From assembly GCF_006345805.1 (NCBI RefSeq), contig NC_043022.1, positions 3,472,001 to 3,536,000 on the forward strand: a stretch of 64,000 nucleotides of DNA. Direction: 5' to 3'. The notes beneath the pieces were generated by a model, which was given only the letters and a program-made list of their open reading frames with translations, ran no database searches and was not told the origin of the DNA. Shown here piece by piece: positions 51,146 to 63,085 of the stretch. The DNA comes from Octopus sinensis (taxonomy: Eukaryota). Within the stretch, counting starts at the first letter, position 1; each line of letters begins with the position of its first letter. The position numbers and the translations under genes were made by a program.

Positions 51146-51450
51146 AGTAGGTGACTTCAACCTTTGGGAATTAGTTGTCATGGTAACAGACAAAATCAAA
51201 ATACATAAAAATACATAGCTACAAAGTACATACAGGCATTCAATCCCCACCCCATCAGACATGCCTATATCAACCAATCAACATATCATCATTTAACATT
51301 AGTATTCCATACTGGCATAGGTTGGATGGTTTGATAGGAGGAACTAGGTGAGCCAGAAGGCTGCACCTGGCCCCAATTGTCTGTTTTGGCATGGCTTCTA
51401 TGGCCGAACGCCCTATCTAAACCCAACCACATTACAGAGTGTACTGGACT

Positions 51451-52148
51451 GGGTGCTTTTCACGTGGGACCTGCACAAGCACTTTTTATGTGACACCAGC
51501 ACGGGTGTTTTTCACGTGGCACCAGCACGGGTGTTTTTCACGTGGCACCAGCACGGGTGTTTTTCATGTGGCACCAGCATGGGTGCTTTTTATGTGACAC
51601 CAGCATGGGTGTTTTTCACGTGGCACCAGCACGAGTGCTTTTCATGTGGCACCAGCATGGGTGTTTTTCATGTGGCACCAGCATGGGTGCTTTTTATGGC
51701 ACCAGCATGGGTGCTTTTTATGACACCAGCATGGGTGTTTTTCACGTGGCACCAGCACGGGTGCTTTTTATGTGACACCAGGATGGGTGTTTTTCACGTG
51801 GCACCAGGATGGGTGTTTTTCACGTGGCACCAGGATGGGTGTTTTTCACGTGGCACCAGCATGGGTGCCTTTCACGTGACACCAGCATGGGTGCATTTTA
51901 TGTGACACCAGCATGGGTGTTTTTCACGTGGCACCAGGATGGGTGCTTTTTATGTGACACCAGCATGGGTGTTTATCACGTGACACCAGCACGAGTGCTT
52001 TTTATGTGACACCAGCATGGGTGCCTTTCACGTGACACCAGCATGGGTGCATTTTATGTGACACCAGCATGGGTGTTTTTCACGTGGCACCAGCACGAGT
52101 GCTTTTTATGTGACACCAGCATGGGCGCTTTTTACGTGGCACCAGCAT
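51451..52148. repeat. Minisatellite, about 26-bp unit (gcaccagcatgggtgtttttcacgtg), roughly 27 copies
   Basis: Directly visible; grows out of a LINE-3'-UTR-like repeat starting near 51290. Confidence 0.92.
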
Positions 52149-52186
52149 AAAAACATAAAATGTAAGTGAATGAAGTCCTTCCTTAC

Positions 52187-52253
52187 CTGTGGTTTGTAGA
52201 TACCATAATAGTCTGGTCAGGGGCTAGAGGAGATTTAGGAACTGGAAGAGTAT
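52187..52253 (-). CDS. KSR: KSR exon c (67 nt, phase 1 to 2), pre-C1 segment
   Basis: Acceptor ttctatttctctag, donor AG/gtaagg. Translates NTLPVPKSPLAPDQTIMVSTNHR, resembling KSR NTLSVPR.SP...HR. Confidence 0.9.
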
Positions 52254-52655
52254 CTAGAGAAATAGAACAAATAAAAGATATGTGATTAAACAAAAACCAG
52301 ACACTGCATTGAGGGGATATTTGATATAGGTGGGGGGGAGAGATCATCCTAGAGGGGCCAGTTTGGGTTGCAAAAGAAGGAGAAGGACAAATTGCTGTGC
52401 TTAATGAAAGTGAAATGGTTTAAAAATACTGTCTTAATCCTTTAGCATTCAGATTACTTACTCTTTTACTTGTTTCAGTCATTTGACTATGGCCATGCTG
52501 GAGCACCGCCTTTGGTCGGGTAAATCGACCCCGGGACTTATTCTTTGTAAGCCCAGTACTTATTCTATCGGTCTCTTTTGCCGAACCGCTAAGCAACGGG
52601 GACGTAAACACACCAGCATCGGTTGTCAAGCGATGTTGGTGGGGACAAACACACA

Positions 52656-52692
<37 letters not shown>

Positions 52693-54704
52693 TTATATAT
52701 GATAGGCTTCTTTCAGTTTCCGTCTACCAAATCCACTCACAAGACTTTGGTCGGCCCGGGGCTATAGTAGAAGACACTTGCCCAAGATGTCACGCAGTGG
52801 GACTGAACCCGGAACCATGTGGTTGGTTAGCAAGCTACTTACCACACAGCCACTCCTGCACCTAATTATGGATTATCTTACTTTGAGATTTTGATGATGT
52901 GATTTTTTTATTTTTAGAATGACATTGTAGGGTAGGTGTGAGAGGCTGGATCTGACCAGTTCGAGCATAAAATGCATAGAATGTTTGAACTGGTTTAAAG
53001 TGGCGAGCTGGCAGAATCGTTAGCACACTGGACGAAATACGGTATTTCGCCTCTCTTTACATTCTGAGTTCAAATTCCACCGAGGTTGACTTTGCCTTTT
53101 ATCCTTATCGGGGTCGATAAATTAAGTACCTGTTGCTTACTGGGGTCGATCTAATCAACTGCCCCCGCCCCCAAAATTTCGGGCTGGTTATGGCCAGTTT
53201 AAAAGCATTCGGATTATTCTTTCCAATGCTGTGCTTACTTATTCAGATTGTTAATCATGTAATAATATTTTAGCCTTCTTATAGAAAAATCAGCAGAACT
53301 AATGAGCATTGTAATGCTTATATAACGTATATGAGTGGCTGTGTGGTAAGTAGCTTGCTTACCGACCACATGGTTCAGGGTTCAGCCCCACTACGTGGCA
53401 CCTTGGGCAAGTGTCTTCTACTATAGTCTCGGGCCGACCAAAGCCTTGTGAGTGGATTTGGTAGACGGAAACTGAAAGAAGCCCGTCGTATATATGTATG
53501 TATGTGTTTGTCCCCCCAACATTGCTTGACAACCAATGCTGATGGTTCAGGGTTCAGCCCCACTACGTGGCACCTTAGGCAAGTGTCTTCTACTATAGTC
53601 TCGGGCCAACCAAAGCCTTGTGAGTGGATTAGGTAGACGGAAACTGAAAGAAGCCCGTCGTATATATGTATATGTATGTATATGTGTGTATGTTTGTGTG
53701 TCTGTGTTTGTCCCCCCAACATCGCTTGACAACCGATGTTGGTGTGCTTACGTCCCCGTAACTTAGCGGTTCGGCGAAAGAGACCGATAGAATAAGTACT
53801 AGGCTTACAAAAGAATGTCCTGTGGTCGATTTGCTCGACTAAAGGTGGTGCTCCAGCATGGCCACAGTCAAATGACTGAAACAAGTAAAGAGGAATAGTA
53901 CATACATAAGGTGTATATAGTCAATGCAAGATTATATATCCAGGTAGTTTGAACTTGTTATTATCTACGAAAAGCAACGGTTTTCAAAGATAATATTTTA
54001 CAAGTTGTACAAACATCATCATCATCATCATCATCACCATTTAGCGTCCATTCTCCATGCTAGCATGGGTTGGACGGTTCGACCGTGGTCTGTGAAGCCG
54101 GAAGGCTGCACCAGGCCCAGTCTGATCTGGCAGTGTTTCTATGGCTGGATGCCCTTCCTAACGCCAACCACTCCATGAGTGTAGTGGGTGCTTTTTACGT
54201 GCCACCCGCACAGGTGCCAGACGGAGCTAGCAAACGGCCACGAACGGATGGTGCTTTTACGTGCCACCGGCATGGGGGCCAGGCGAGGCTGGCAGCGGAC
54301 ATGAACGGATGGTGCTTTTAGGTCCCACTGGCACGGAGGCCAGACGGGGCGGCGCCGGCAACGACCACGATCGGATGGTTCGCTTAACCACATCTGTATA
54401 GCACTTCACATATGTAATATGAAGATAGATTATAGAGAGAGAGAATGTGTATGTGTGACCCCAAGATCAGCAAGTATGAGCGCTGCTAGAGCTGGTTCTA
54501 GGATCAGCCGATTATACATGGCCCAAGAGGCAATGAGTGTATACATGTCCACATGATCAGCATTACGTGTGGCCCCAGAGCTGGTTTTATGATCAGGAAA
54601 TACACATGGCAACAAGTGCGCGTGTGTGTGTGTGTGTACACATCTGAAGTTAGCAGTTTCTTTTCAAGCATTTGTAAGGTAGCTGTGTGAAAAAGTGCCA
54701 CACC

Positions 54705-55325
54705 CTAGCGGTTGAGGGAACCTGTGGAAGAGGTAGACCCAGGAAAACCTGGGATGAGGTGGTGAAGCACGACCTTCAAACTTTAGGTCCCACCGAGGAA
54801 ATGACTAGAGACCGAGACCTATGGAAGTATGCTGTGCGTGAGAAGACCCGGCAGGACAAGTGAGGCCATAATCCCGTGGCCTACACCTGGGATGTAGCCA
54901 GCCCACTTATGCATTCCTTTCCTTCTAGGGACACAAAACTCCACTTGTGAAGACCTGTTGAGGCAAGTGAAAATCAAAATCGTAATCTATCAACATCAAT
55001 GGAATTTGTAGCTGTGATACCAGTGCCGGTGGCACGTAAGAGAACGATCCGAACGTTGCCAGCTTCGTCTGGTCCCCATGCCGGTGGCACGTAAAAAGCA
55101 CCATCCGATCGTGGCCGTTTGCTAGCCTCCTCTGGCACCTGTGCCGGTGGGACGTAAAAAGCACCCACTACACTCACGGAGTGGTTGGCGTTAGGAAGGG
55201 CATCCAGCTGTAGAAACACTGCCAGATCAGACTGGGCCTGGTGCAGCCTTCTAGCTTCCCAGACCCCAGTTGAACCGTCCAACCCATGCTAGCATGGAGA
55301 ACGGACGTTAAACGATGATGATGAT
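54705..55325 (+). mobile_element. 3' end of the same RTE-like LINE family (coding tail plus 3' UTR and (GAT)n)
   Basis: 54715-54860 matches the C-terminus of ORF 20330 (GTCGRGRPRKTWDEVVKHDL). The UTR is shared with many short copies (about 9070, 14400, 17565, 23430, 39240, 41860, 54015, 58560). Confidence 0.85.
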
Positions 55326-56994
55326 GTATATATGTGTCTCTGCATGAACTTAAATCTTCATTTGTAGTCAACAAATGTGTGTGTGTGTCTGTGAGTGTTA
55401 ACACATGTAATTTAGAAACTAGCAAATATTTTGATAACAAGACCCCCCTTCTGCTACTCTATCCCTCAAAAACAGGGGAGTCAAATGTATGAGCAGCAGT
55501 GATGCTTAGTCTGACACCTGGCATAACTTTATATAAAAAAACAATTATCATCATAGGTGCAGGTATGGCCATGTGTTAAGAAGTCTGCTTCTCAACCACA
55601 CGGTTCCGAGTTCAGTCCCACTGCGTGACATCTGAGTCTACTATAGACTCAGGCTGACCAAAGCCTTGTGAATGAACTCGGTAGATCATCATGTGCATGT
55701 GTGTGCGTGGATTGAAACATGTAAAACACAGCCTTGGGGTTGAAACATCTAAAAGAATATGATAAATCTATGGAAGATGGCGCTGACGAAAGACATGAGA
55801 TATATTTTCATATTTCTAATCTAGAAACATGTTCGCTATTAACGGTTAGGCTTTGTTTTCGTTAGTTAATCCTTCGGTTTTGCATATGTGAATTGCAGGG
55901 TTATGTCGTATGTGGAGCCCCACTTGTAGAAAATAGAAATAAACAGCTATTTCTAAACTGCTATTTCTAATTCTTTCAGTATGCGGCTAAGCAACCTGTT
56001 GCCTGCCCCTTCTACTTATATACAATATATACTGAACTTCACAGAAGTTCCTGCCGCTAATCGTTATATTTACATACCGAAATCTACCAGTAAATAATTG
56101 TTGGTTTTTTGAAAAACCATTGAAGAAATTATTTACTATTATTATTAAGTAAAAAATATATATATATATATATACATATATATATAAGATAAATATTTCA
56201 ATTACCTGAAGATTGACTGTAACCATAACTCGAATTATTACGAATTGGACAGCCATGAAACGATCGTAGTGTTTTACTCATTATCTTTTATTAAACTTTT
56301 AATACTTTTGATATATATTTAAAATAATATAAATTAATTAATTTTATGTATTGGCTTAAGTTTTTCATTGTTTGATTTGCCTAATAGTGGTTTTATCTCT
56401 AATTTAATATAATATATATATATATATATATATTGTTGCTATTATATTAAACTATCATATGTCCAAATGCGTTTTTTTCAATATTTAATTTTGCTTGTAG
56501 TAGCCAGTTCTTTTTGGTCAAACTATCGTATCTCCAGCTGCTTCAGATGCCAAGATACGAAAATTGTCAAAGTGTAGTACAACGATTTAGCATTTTGCAA
56601 AAGTGTAGTAAGTCCCACATACGACAGTTTTGCAAAAATATTTCTGACTGAAAATATCATACACGCATGGAGTTAGGATTTTATACATCCAACAAAGTAT
56701 TATTGCTAAGCTGAAACTGTTGCTAAGGTAACAAGAAATGGAAGGGTGAAACTATTTTATCCTTTTCTGAAACAAAAAAAAAAATAAAAAAGCAACGTTT
56801 TGCACTTCAGACACTTTTGCATAGTAGCAATGATATGTGTGTGTGTCCCACTATCACTTGACAATTGGTGTTGGTGTGTTTACATCCCCATAACTTAGCA
56901 ACTCAGCAAAAGGGACTGATAGAGTTTTTACTAGACTTAACTTTTTAGCACTCAGATTTCTTTGTTTAATGTATTGTTAATTTATTCACATTAT

Positions 56995-57390
56995 AGGCGC
57001 AGGAGTGGCTGTGTGGTAAGTAGCTTGCTAACCAACCACATTGCTCCGGGTTCAGTCCCACTGCGTGGCATCTTGGGCAAGTGTCTTCTGCTATAGCCCC
57101 GGGCCGACCAATACCTTGTGAGTGGATTTGGTAGACGGAAACTGAAAGAAGCCTGTCGTATATATGTATATATATATAAGTGTGTGTTTCTGTGTCTGTG
57201 TTTGTCCCCCTAGCATTGCTTGACAACCGATGCTGGTGTGTTTACGTACCCGTCACTTAGCGGTTCGGCAAAAGAGACCGATAGAATAAGTACTGGGCTT
57301 ACAAAGAATAAGTCCCGGGGTCGATTTGCTCGACTAAAGGCGGTGCTCCAGCATGGCCGCAGTCAAATGACTGAAACAAGTAAAAGAGTA
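56995..57390 (+). mobile_element. Dominant-family SINE, full length
   Basis: Complete head-to-tail copy ending gaaacaagtaaaagagta. Confidence 0.9.
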
Positions 57391-57631
57391 TTATTCTGAA
57401 ATAATCCTGCATTATTTTGTGGCTTCAAGATTTCAATGGTGTGTTTGTAAGTTCTTAGAACTGACATTGTAAGGTAGGTGTGAGAGGCTGGATCTGGTCA
57501 CTTTTAACATAAAACAGAATATTTGGGCCGGATACAGCTGGATTAAATGCTAAAGGGTTAAAAGCAAAAAAAAAAAAAAAAAGGGCGGGGGGGACCCCTC
57601 GTTAGCAGAAGAGTTAAACATGGTCACTTAC

Positions 57632-57816
57632 TTGTTTTGTGATATTCTTTCAAACTATTTGGATCAGCTTTGTATGGAGGAGATCTCATTGCAGGCGAGA
57701 GAACCGGGGAAGGGCCCTGGCTGTTTCCCCCGGCCTCCGAGCCTTCTGTTGAAGGACGGCGATTTATTATTTCAAAACTGCCTCCTATCTTACTGTTCCC
57801 GGGCTTCTTTTTCTGT
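57632..57816 (-). CDS. KSR: KSR exon b (185 nt, phase 2 to 1)
   Basis: Acceptor aaaatttccag after a pyrimidine tract, donor A/gtaagt. Translates RQKKKPGNSK...QGPSPVLSPAMRSPPYKADPNSLKEYHKT. Phases link exons a and c. Confidence 0.88.
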
Positions 57817-59755
57817 CTGGAAATTTTAGGAAAAAAAAGAAAAAGAAAGAAAGAAAGAAAGAGAAGGTTAATTAAATACAATTTTGAATACCAAAATATG
57901 AGCTTTTCTGGAAATACAAGAAGGCTATTATGCTTTCTGAAAAAACATTTTTTATTTGAGTAAAAACAATCATTTGTTGAAGTCAATCATTATTCATGAC
58001 TAACACAGATTTACAGCCATCTCACTATAGTTCAAGCAATATTGGTTTCAAATTTTGGCACAAGGCCAGCAATTTCGGGAGTGGGGGGGGGGGATAAGCC
58101 ACTTACATTGACTCTCGGTATTCAACAGGTACTTATTTTATTGATCCTGAAAGGATGACAGGCAAAGTCGACCTTGGCGAAATTTGAACTTAATTGAAAT
58201 GCTGCTAAAAGCATTTTGTCCACATTGCTAATGATTTTGCTAGCTCACCACCTGAATAACAACAAGAACAACAATAATAATGGTTTCAAATCTTGGTAGA
58301 AGACCAGCAAGTTCAGGGAATCATGGTTGGGAAGCAAATTTCTTACCACACATCCCACATCATCAGAATGAGACTAAATGGTTGACTGGTTTTAGTAGAC
58401 TACCAACTCACTGCAAGTGATAAGTTAATATACTGTGTAATCATTATTTTTTTGTTAATACGTTCAACTCAGTGTAACATTGGTTAATCTGGCTGTGAAT
58501 GAATGGGGACCAGGAGTTTATATTTTGGGAAATATTAATCTCTAATATACTAATTAATTACTGGCCGATGCCAGCGCCACCTTGGCTGGCTTCCGTGCTG
58601 GTGGCACGTTAAAAGCACCAACCGATCGTGGCCGATGCCAGACTCCCCTGGCACCTGTGCAGGTGGCACGTAAAAAGCGCCCACTACACTCGCGGAGTGG
58701 TTGGCATTAGGAAGGGCATCCAGCTGTAGAAACACTGCCAGATCAGACTGGAGCCTGGTGCAGCCTTCTGGCTTTCCCGATCCCCGGTCGAACCGTCCAA
58801 CCCATGTCAGCATGGAGAACGGATGTTAAACGATGATGATGATGAATAAGGCTTGCACAACACCTCACAGACCCTCTCCACTCTATTAATATGATCCATA
58901 GACAAACCAGAGCAAGATATCAAGTGCCAACATGCCATTCCCTGCATTTCTAGTTTTATATCAGAATGACATTCTACAGACATGCTATAACAAAAGCTGA
59001 GAGGGGCCTCACTCCCGGTGGTTTTCCAACACACCAGACGCCAACCTGAAATTTCTGAGGGCTTATGCTGTTGCTGGAAAGTCATTGAACCTACACTAGG
59101 TTCATCTTTCCTTTCGATTGGTCTTGTTTTTCATCCTACTGGGTTTTTAGCAATCCTCCTCCCCAGGCAAGCCTAGAGGGTGTGCTGGTTTACTCGTCAG
59201 CGACCCGACCATTCAACAGGTTGTACTGGAGTCCAAGTTACCAGTAGCAGTTATGAGAGACCTTACAAGTTATCTGGCATACATATGATGAGCTTTTTTT
59301 CAGGTTCTCTCAACCAAATCTATGCACAAAGCTGTGTCTGACCTAGGGCTAAAGTTACAGACACTTGGCCAAAGTGTCTGAAACAGTGAGACGGAACCTA
59401 ACACAAAATTATGTGGTTGAGAATCGAACTTCCTAATGCCGCCTCCTCTTGCCCTCAAGACCAAACATCCACTTCTGATCTTTAGCTGCTGCAGCTACTT
59501 TCCACAGTGGACTTCTTGCAGTTTCCGCCAAACAATTCCACTCACAAGGCTTTGGTCGGCCAACGGCTACGGTAGAAAACACTTGTATAAGGTTTCATGC
59601 AATGGGACTGAACTCGAAACCATGTCGTTGGAAAGCAAACTTCCTAACCTCAAGCCTGCACCTATCATATATTCAGCGCTAAAAAAAAAACCAAACAGAA
59701 ATAATTAATGCATGGTGGAAAAGATGACATTAGTCAATGCCTTATATTATTTTGA

Positions 59756-60606
59756 AAAACAAGGGAAACAACCCTGGACAACTTTCAGCCTTATAAAACC
59801 TCATCAGAAATTACTCGGTGACACAACCAGTATGAAAATCTACAGTCCAGTTATTGTTATTATACTCAAAACAAGGGAAACAACCCTGGACAACTTTCAG
59901 CCTTATAAAACCTCATCAGAAATTACTCGGTGACACAACCAGTATGAAAATCTACAGTCCAGTTATTGTTATTATACTCAAAACAAGGGAAACAACCCTG
60001 GACAACTTTCAGTCTTATAAAACCTCATCAGAAATTACTCGGTGACACAACCAGTATGAAAATCTACAGTCCAGTTATTGTTAATATACTCAAAACAAGG
60101 GAAACAACCCTGGACAACTTTCAGCCTTATAAAACCTCATCAGAAATTACTCGGTGACACAACCAGTATGAAAATCTACAGTCCAGTTATTGTTAATATA
60201 CTCAAAACAAGGGAAACAACCCTGGACAACTTTCAGCCTTATAAAACCTCATCAGAAATTACTCGGTGACACAACCAGTATGAATATCTACAGTCCAGTT
60301 ATTGTTATTATACTCAAAACAAGGGAAACAACCCTGGACAACTTTCAGCCTTATAAAACCTCATCAGAAATTACTCGGTGACACAACCAGTATGAATATC
60401 TACAGTCCAGTTATTGTTAATATACTCAAAACAAGGGAAACAACCCTGGACAACTTTCAGCCTTATAAAACCTCATCAGAAATTACTCGGTGACACAACC
60501 AGTATGAAAATCTACAGTCCAGTTATTGTTAATATACTCAAAACAAGGGAAACAACCCTGGACAACTTTCAGTCTTATAAAACCTCATCAGAAATTACTC
60601 GGTGAC
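59756..60606. repeat. Minisatellite, 112-bp unit, about 7.6 copies, highly homogeneous
   Basis: gacaactttcag recurs at 59777, 59889, 60001, 60113, 60225, 60337, 60449 and 60561. Confidence 0.97.
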
Positions 60607-60685
60607 GAAGCGAGCACCATTAAGCCAATATAGACTTGTCTCATACCTGATGATGTATAATGTAAGAACTAGTGCAGGTACTCAC

Positions 60686-61313
60686 CTCACAGGGTCGATG
60701 TTTGTAACTCGACTCGCCAGCTGAGATTCACAGGATCGGCTTTTCTTTAGCGATGAGGCATCTGGAAATAGTTGGATCTTTTTCTTGGGGGGAGGTGTAC
60801 TTGGGTATTTGCTGCCCATGGGTTTTGCCCTGACTAATGTTGGGGTCGGAGGAGGGGTGCCTCTGTGTCTTTCTTTTGGGTTGCGCGGCACGGGCGACGA
60901 TGGGGTGCTCTGCGGGGACGTGGGGATGTGGACCGGTTGAAAGCTTTCCGAGGGAAGAGACGACGTGGAAGGGCAAGAGATATATTTCGGGGATCCGGTA
61001 TCAACCCCGCCACCGCCGCCGCTACCACTGCCTAAACCACCACCACCACCACCACCACCACCACTACTCCCCCCGCCGCCTCCTCCTCCTCCTCCAGTGG
61101 TACTGGTGCTGCTGATGCCGCGACTATTACCACTGCCCCCCTCATTGGCACCACTTCCCGCAGTACCCTCACCCCCATTACTATTTCCTTCACCGTCAGC
61201 AGCTTCAGTGTTGCTGCTGCTGTTAGCAACACTGGAGGACTGAGACGGTGTGTATCGAGTCCAATGAAGCTCAACATCGTTTTCATCACAAGAATCTCCT
61301 TTAATCTGCTTGT
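60686..61313 (-). CDS. KSR: KSR exon a (628 nt, phase 1 to 2): Gly-rich linker and CA2 Pro-rich region
   Basis: Acceptor ttttcactttcag, donor AG/gtgagt. Translates DKQIKGDS...RGTPPPTPTLVRAKPMGSKYPSTPPPKKKIQLFPDASSLKKSRSCESQLASRVTNIDPV, resembling KSR TPPP..RSKSHESQL. Confidence 0.92.
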
Positions 61314-61389
61314 CTGAAAGTGAAAACAAAAACAGGTAAATGTCATTAAATTAGAATTGAAACAGGAGTAATTAACTCCTGTGGCACCA

Positions 61390-62221
61390 TTAACCCTTTT
61401 GTTACCAACCCGGCTGAAACCACCTCTGGCTCTGTAGTACAAATATCTTGCTTTCAAAAGTTCTCATTTAAAATCTTCCACCAAACCTTAGTCACAATTT
61501 ATCTTCCTAACACTAGCTTAATGATAACTAAGTTCTTTTACTAAATTCTTTGTCAAATTTAAAATTAATTGAAAGAAACACAGAGCATCTCAACAGGAAT
61601 ATGGTAAGAAAAGGGTTAAGGCAACTACCCTTTGGAAACTGCCTCTGGCTCTGTAGTATTTGGACTTCTGTCATTAACCCCTTTTGATACCAACCCGCCT
61701 AAAACCACTTCTGGCTCTGTAGTACAGATGTCTTGTTTTCATAAGTTTTGAATTATAATCTTCAACCAAACCTTAGTCACAATTTATGATCCTAACACTA
61801 GCTTAATGATAACTAAGTTATTTTACTAAATTCTTTGTTATATTTAAAATGAATTGAAAGAAACACAGATAATCTCAACAGAAATATGGTAACGAAAGAG
61901 TTAAAGACAGTCAAATGTGTCTTCAGTTTGCACAAGATTTGGCTGCTATTTCTAACAAGTCAAACAACTATGTGAAACAAAATCTGCAAATAAACCATTT
62001 TGATACCAACTGGGCTGAAACCGCTTCTGGTTCTGTAGTACAAATGTCTGGTTTTCAAAAGTTCTGAATTAAAATCTTCCACAAAACCTTAGTCACAATT
62101 TATGTTCCTAAAACTAGCTTAATGATAACTAAGTTCTTTTACTAAATTCTTTTTTATATTTAAAATGAATTGAAAGAAACACAGAGCATCTCAACAGAAA
62201 TATGGTAACAAAGGGGGTTAA
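61390..62221 (+). mobile_element. Trimer of the same TTAA-bounded MITE
   Basis: Three units of about 230-290 bp; the first two are joined by the same linker as at 31150-31215. Confidence 0.7.
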
Positions 62222-62380
62222 AGCATTTCTAAATATGAAAAAAGAGCATTGTAGTTTGTTTGAAGCATTGTAGTGTAAAACAGAATAATGAACGAAATTA
62301 AGAACAAAGAAAGCTTTTAGCGAAGCTAAAAAAAAGCCTTTATATATTGCGCGCCAGAAGAAGGGCCATAACACTTGATA

Positions 62381-62791
62381 TACTCTCTTTTACTTGTTTC
62401 AGTCATTTGACTGCGGCCATGCTGGAGCACCACCTCTAGTCGAGCAAATCGACCCCGGGACTTATTCTTTGTAAGCCCAGTACTTATTCTATCGGTCTCT
62501 TTTTGCCGAACCGCTAAGTGACGGGGACGTAAAAACACCAGCATCGGTTGTCAAGCAATGTTGGGGGAGGGGGGACAAACACAGACACACAAACATATAC
62601 ACACACACTTATATATATACATATATACGACAGGCTTCTTTCAGTTTCCGTCTACCAAATCCACTCACAAGGCATTGGTCGGCCCGGGGCTATAGCAGAA
62701 GACACTTGCCCAAGATGCCACGCAGTGGGACTGAACCCGGAACCATGTGGTTGGTTAGCAAGCTACTTACCACACAGCCACTCCTGCGCCT
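62381..62791 (-). mobile_element. Dominant-family SINE, full length
   Basis: Complete copy, inverted relative to 56995-57390. Confidence 0.9.
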
Positions 62792-63085
62792 ATATGCAAG
62801 TTTTTAAAACTTTCTGCATTGTTAGAAAGTTCTTATTTCTCATTTCATTCAGTTTTAAATATCTTAAATTCAGTTCCAAGGTTGCCTTAAGCCTTTAGCA
62901 TTCAGATTACTGCCAAACGTATTATCTATTCACTTTGCTTTGAATAAATTTTGCATTATGCTTCGAGGTTTCAATAATGTGATTATTTATTTTTAGAATG
63001 GCATTATAGGGTAGCTGTGAGAGGCCAGATCCGATCAGTTTGAACAAAAACAGGTAGAATATCTTATATATGTATATAATGCCCA

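Larger units (their letters stand above)
348..61313 (-). other. KSR: Kinase suppressor of Ras (KSR) gene, partial: 14 coding exons, both ends outside the window
   Basis: Hand-spliced GT-AG exons with compatible phases give one continuous frame: TPPPTP..PSTPPP..KSRSCESQL (CA2), NTLPVPKSP..HRF..C1 domain, DSGSNTSSCNSSTPSSP..FPFP (CA4), [71 protein letters not shown]. HKDLKxKN and this domain order distinguish KSR from Raf. Confidence 0.95.

Noticed and set aside
56995-57075. tRNA genes
   Set aside because: The A/B boxes are SINE heads that run on into SINE bodies; no complete cloverleaf was found here or at the other copies.
59756-60606. CRISPR-like array or repetitive protein (MKIYSPVIVIILKTRE ORFs)
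   Set aside because: The units are contiguous and near-identical with no unique spacers, the context is eukaryotic, and the ORFs simply repeat with the unit.
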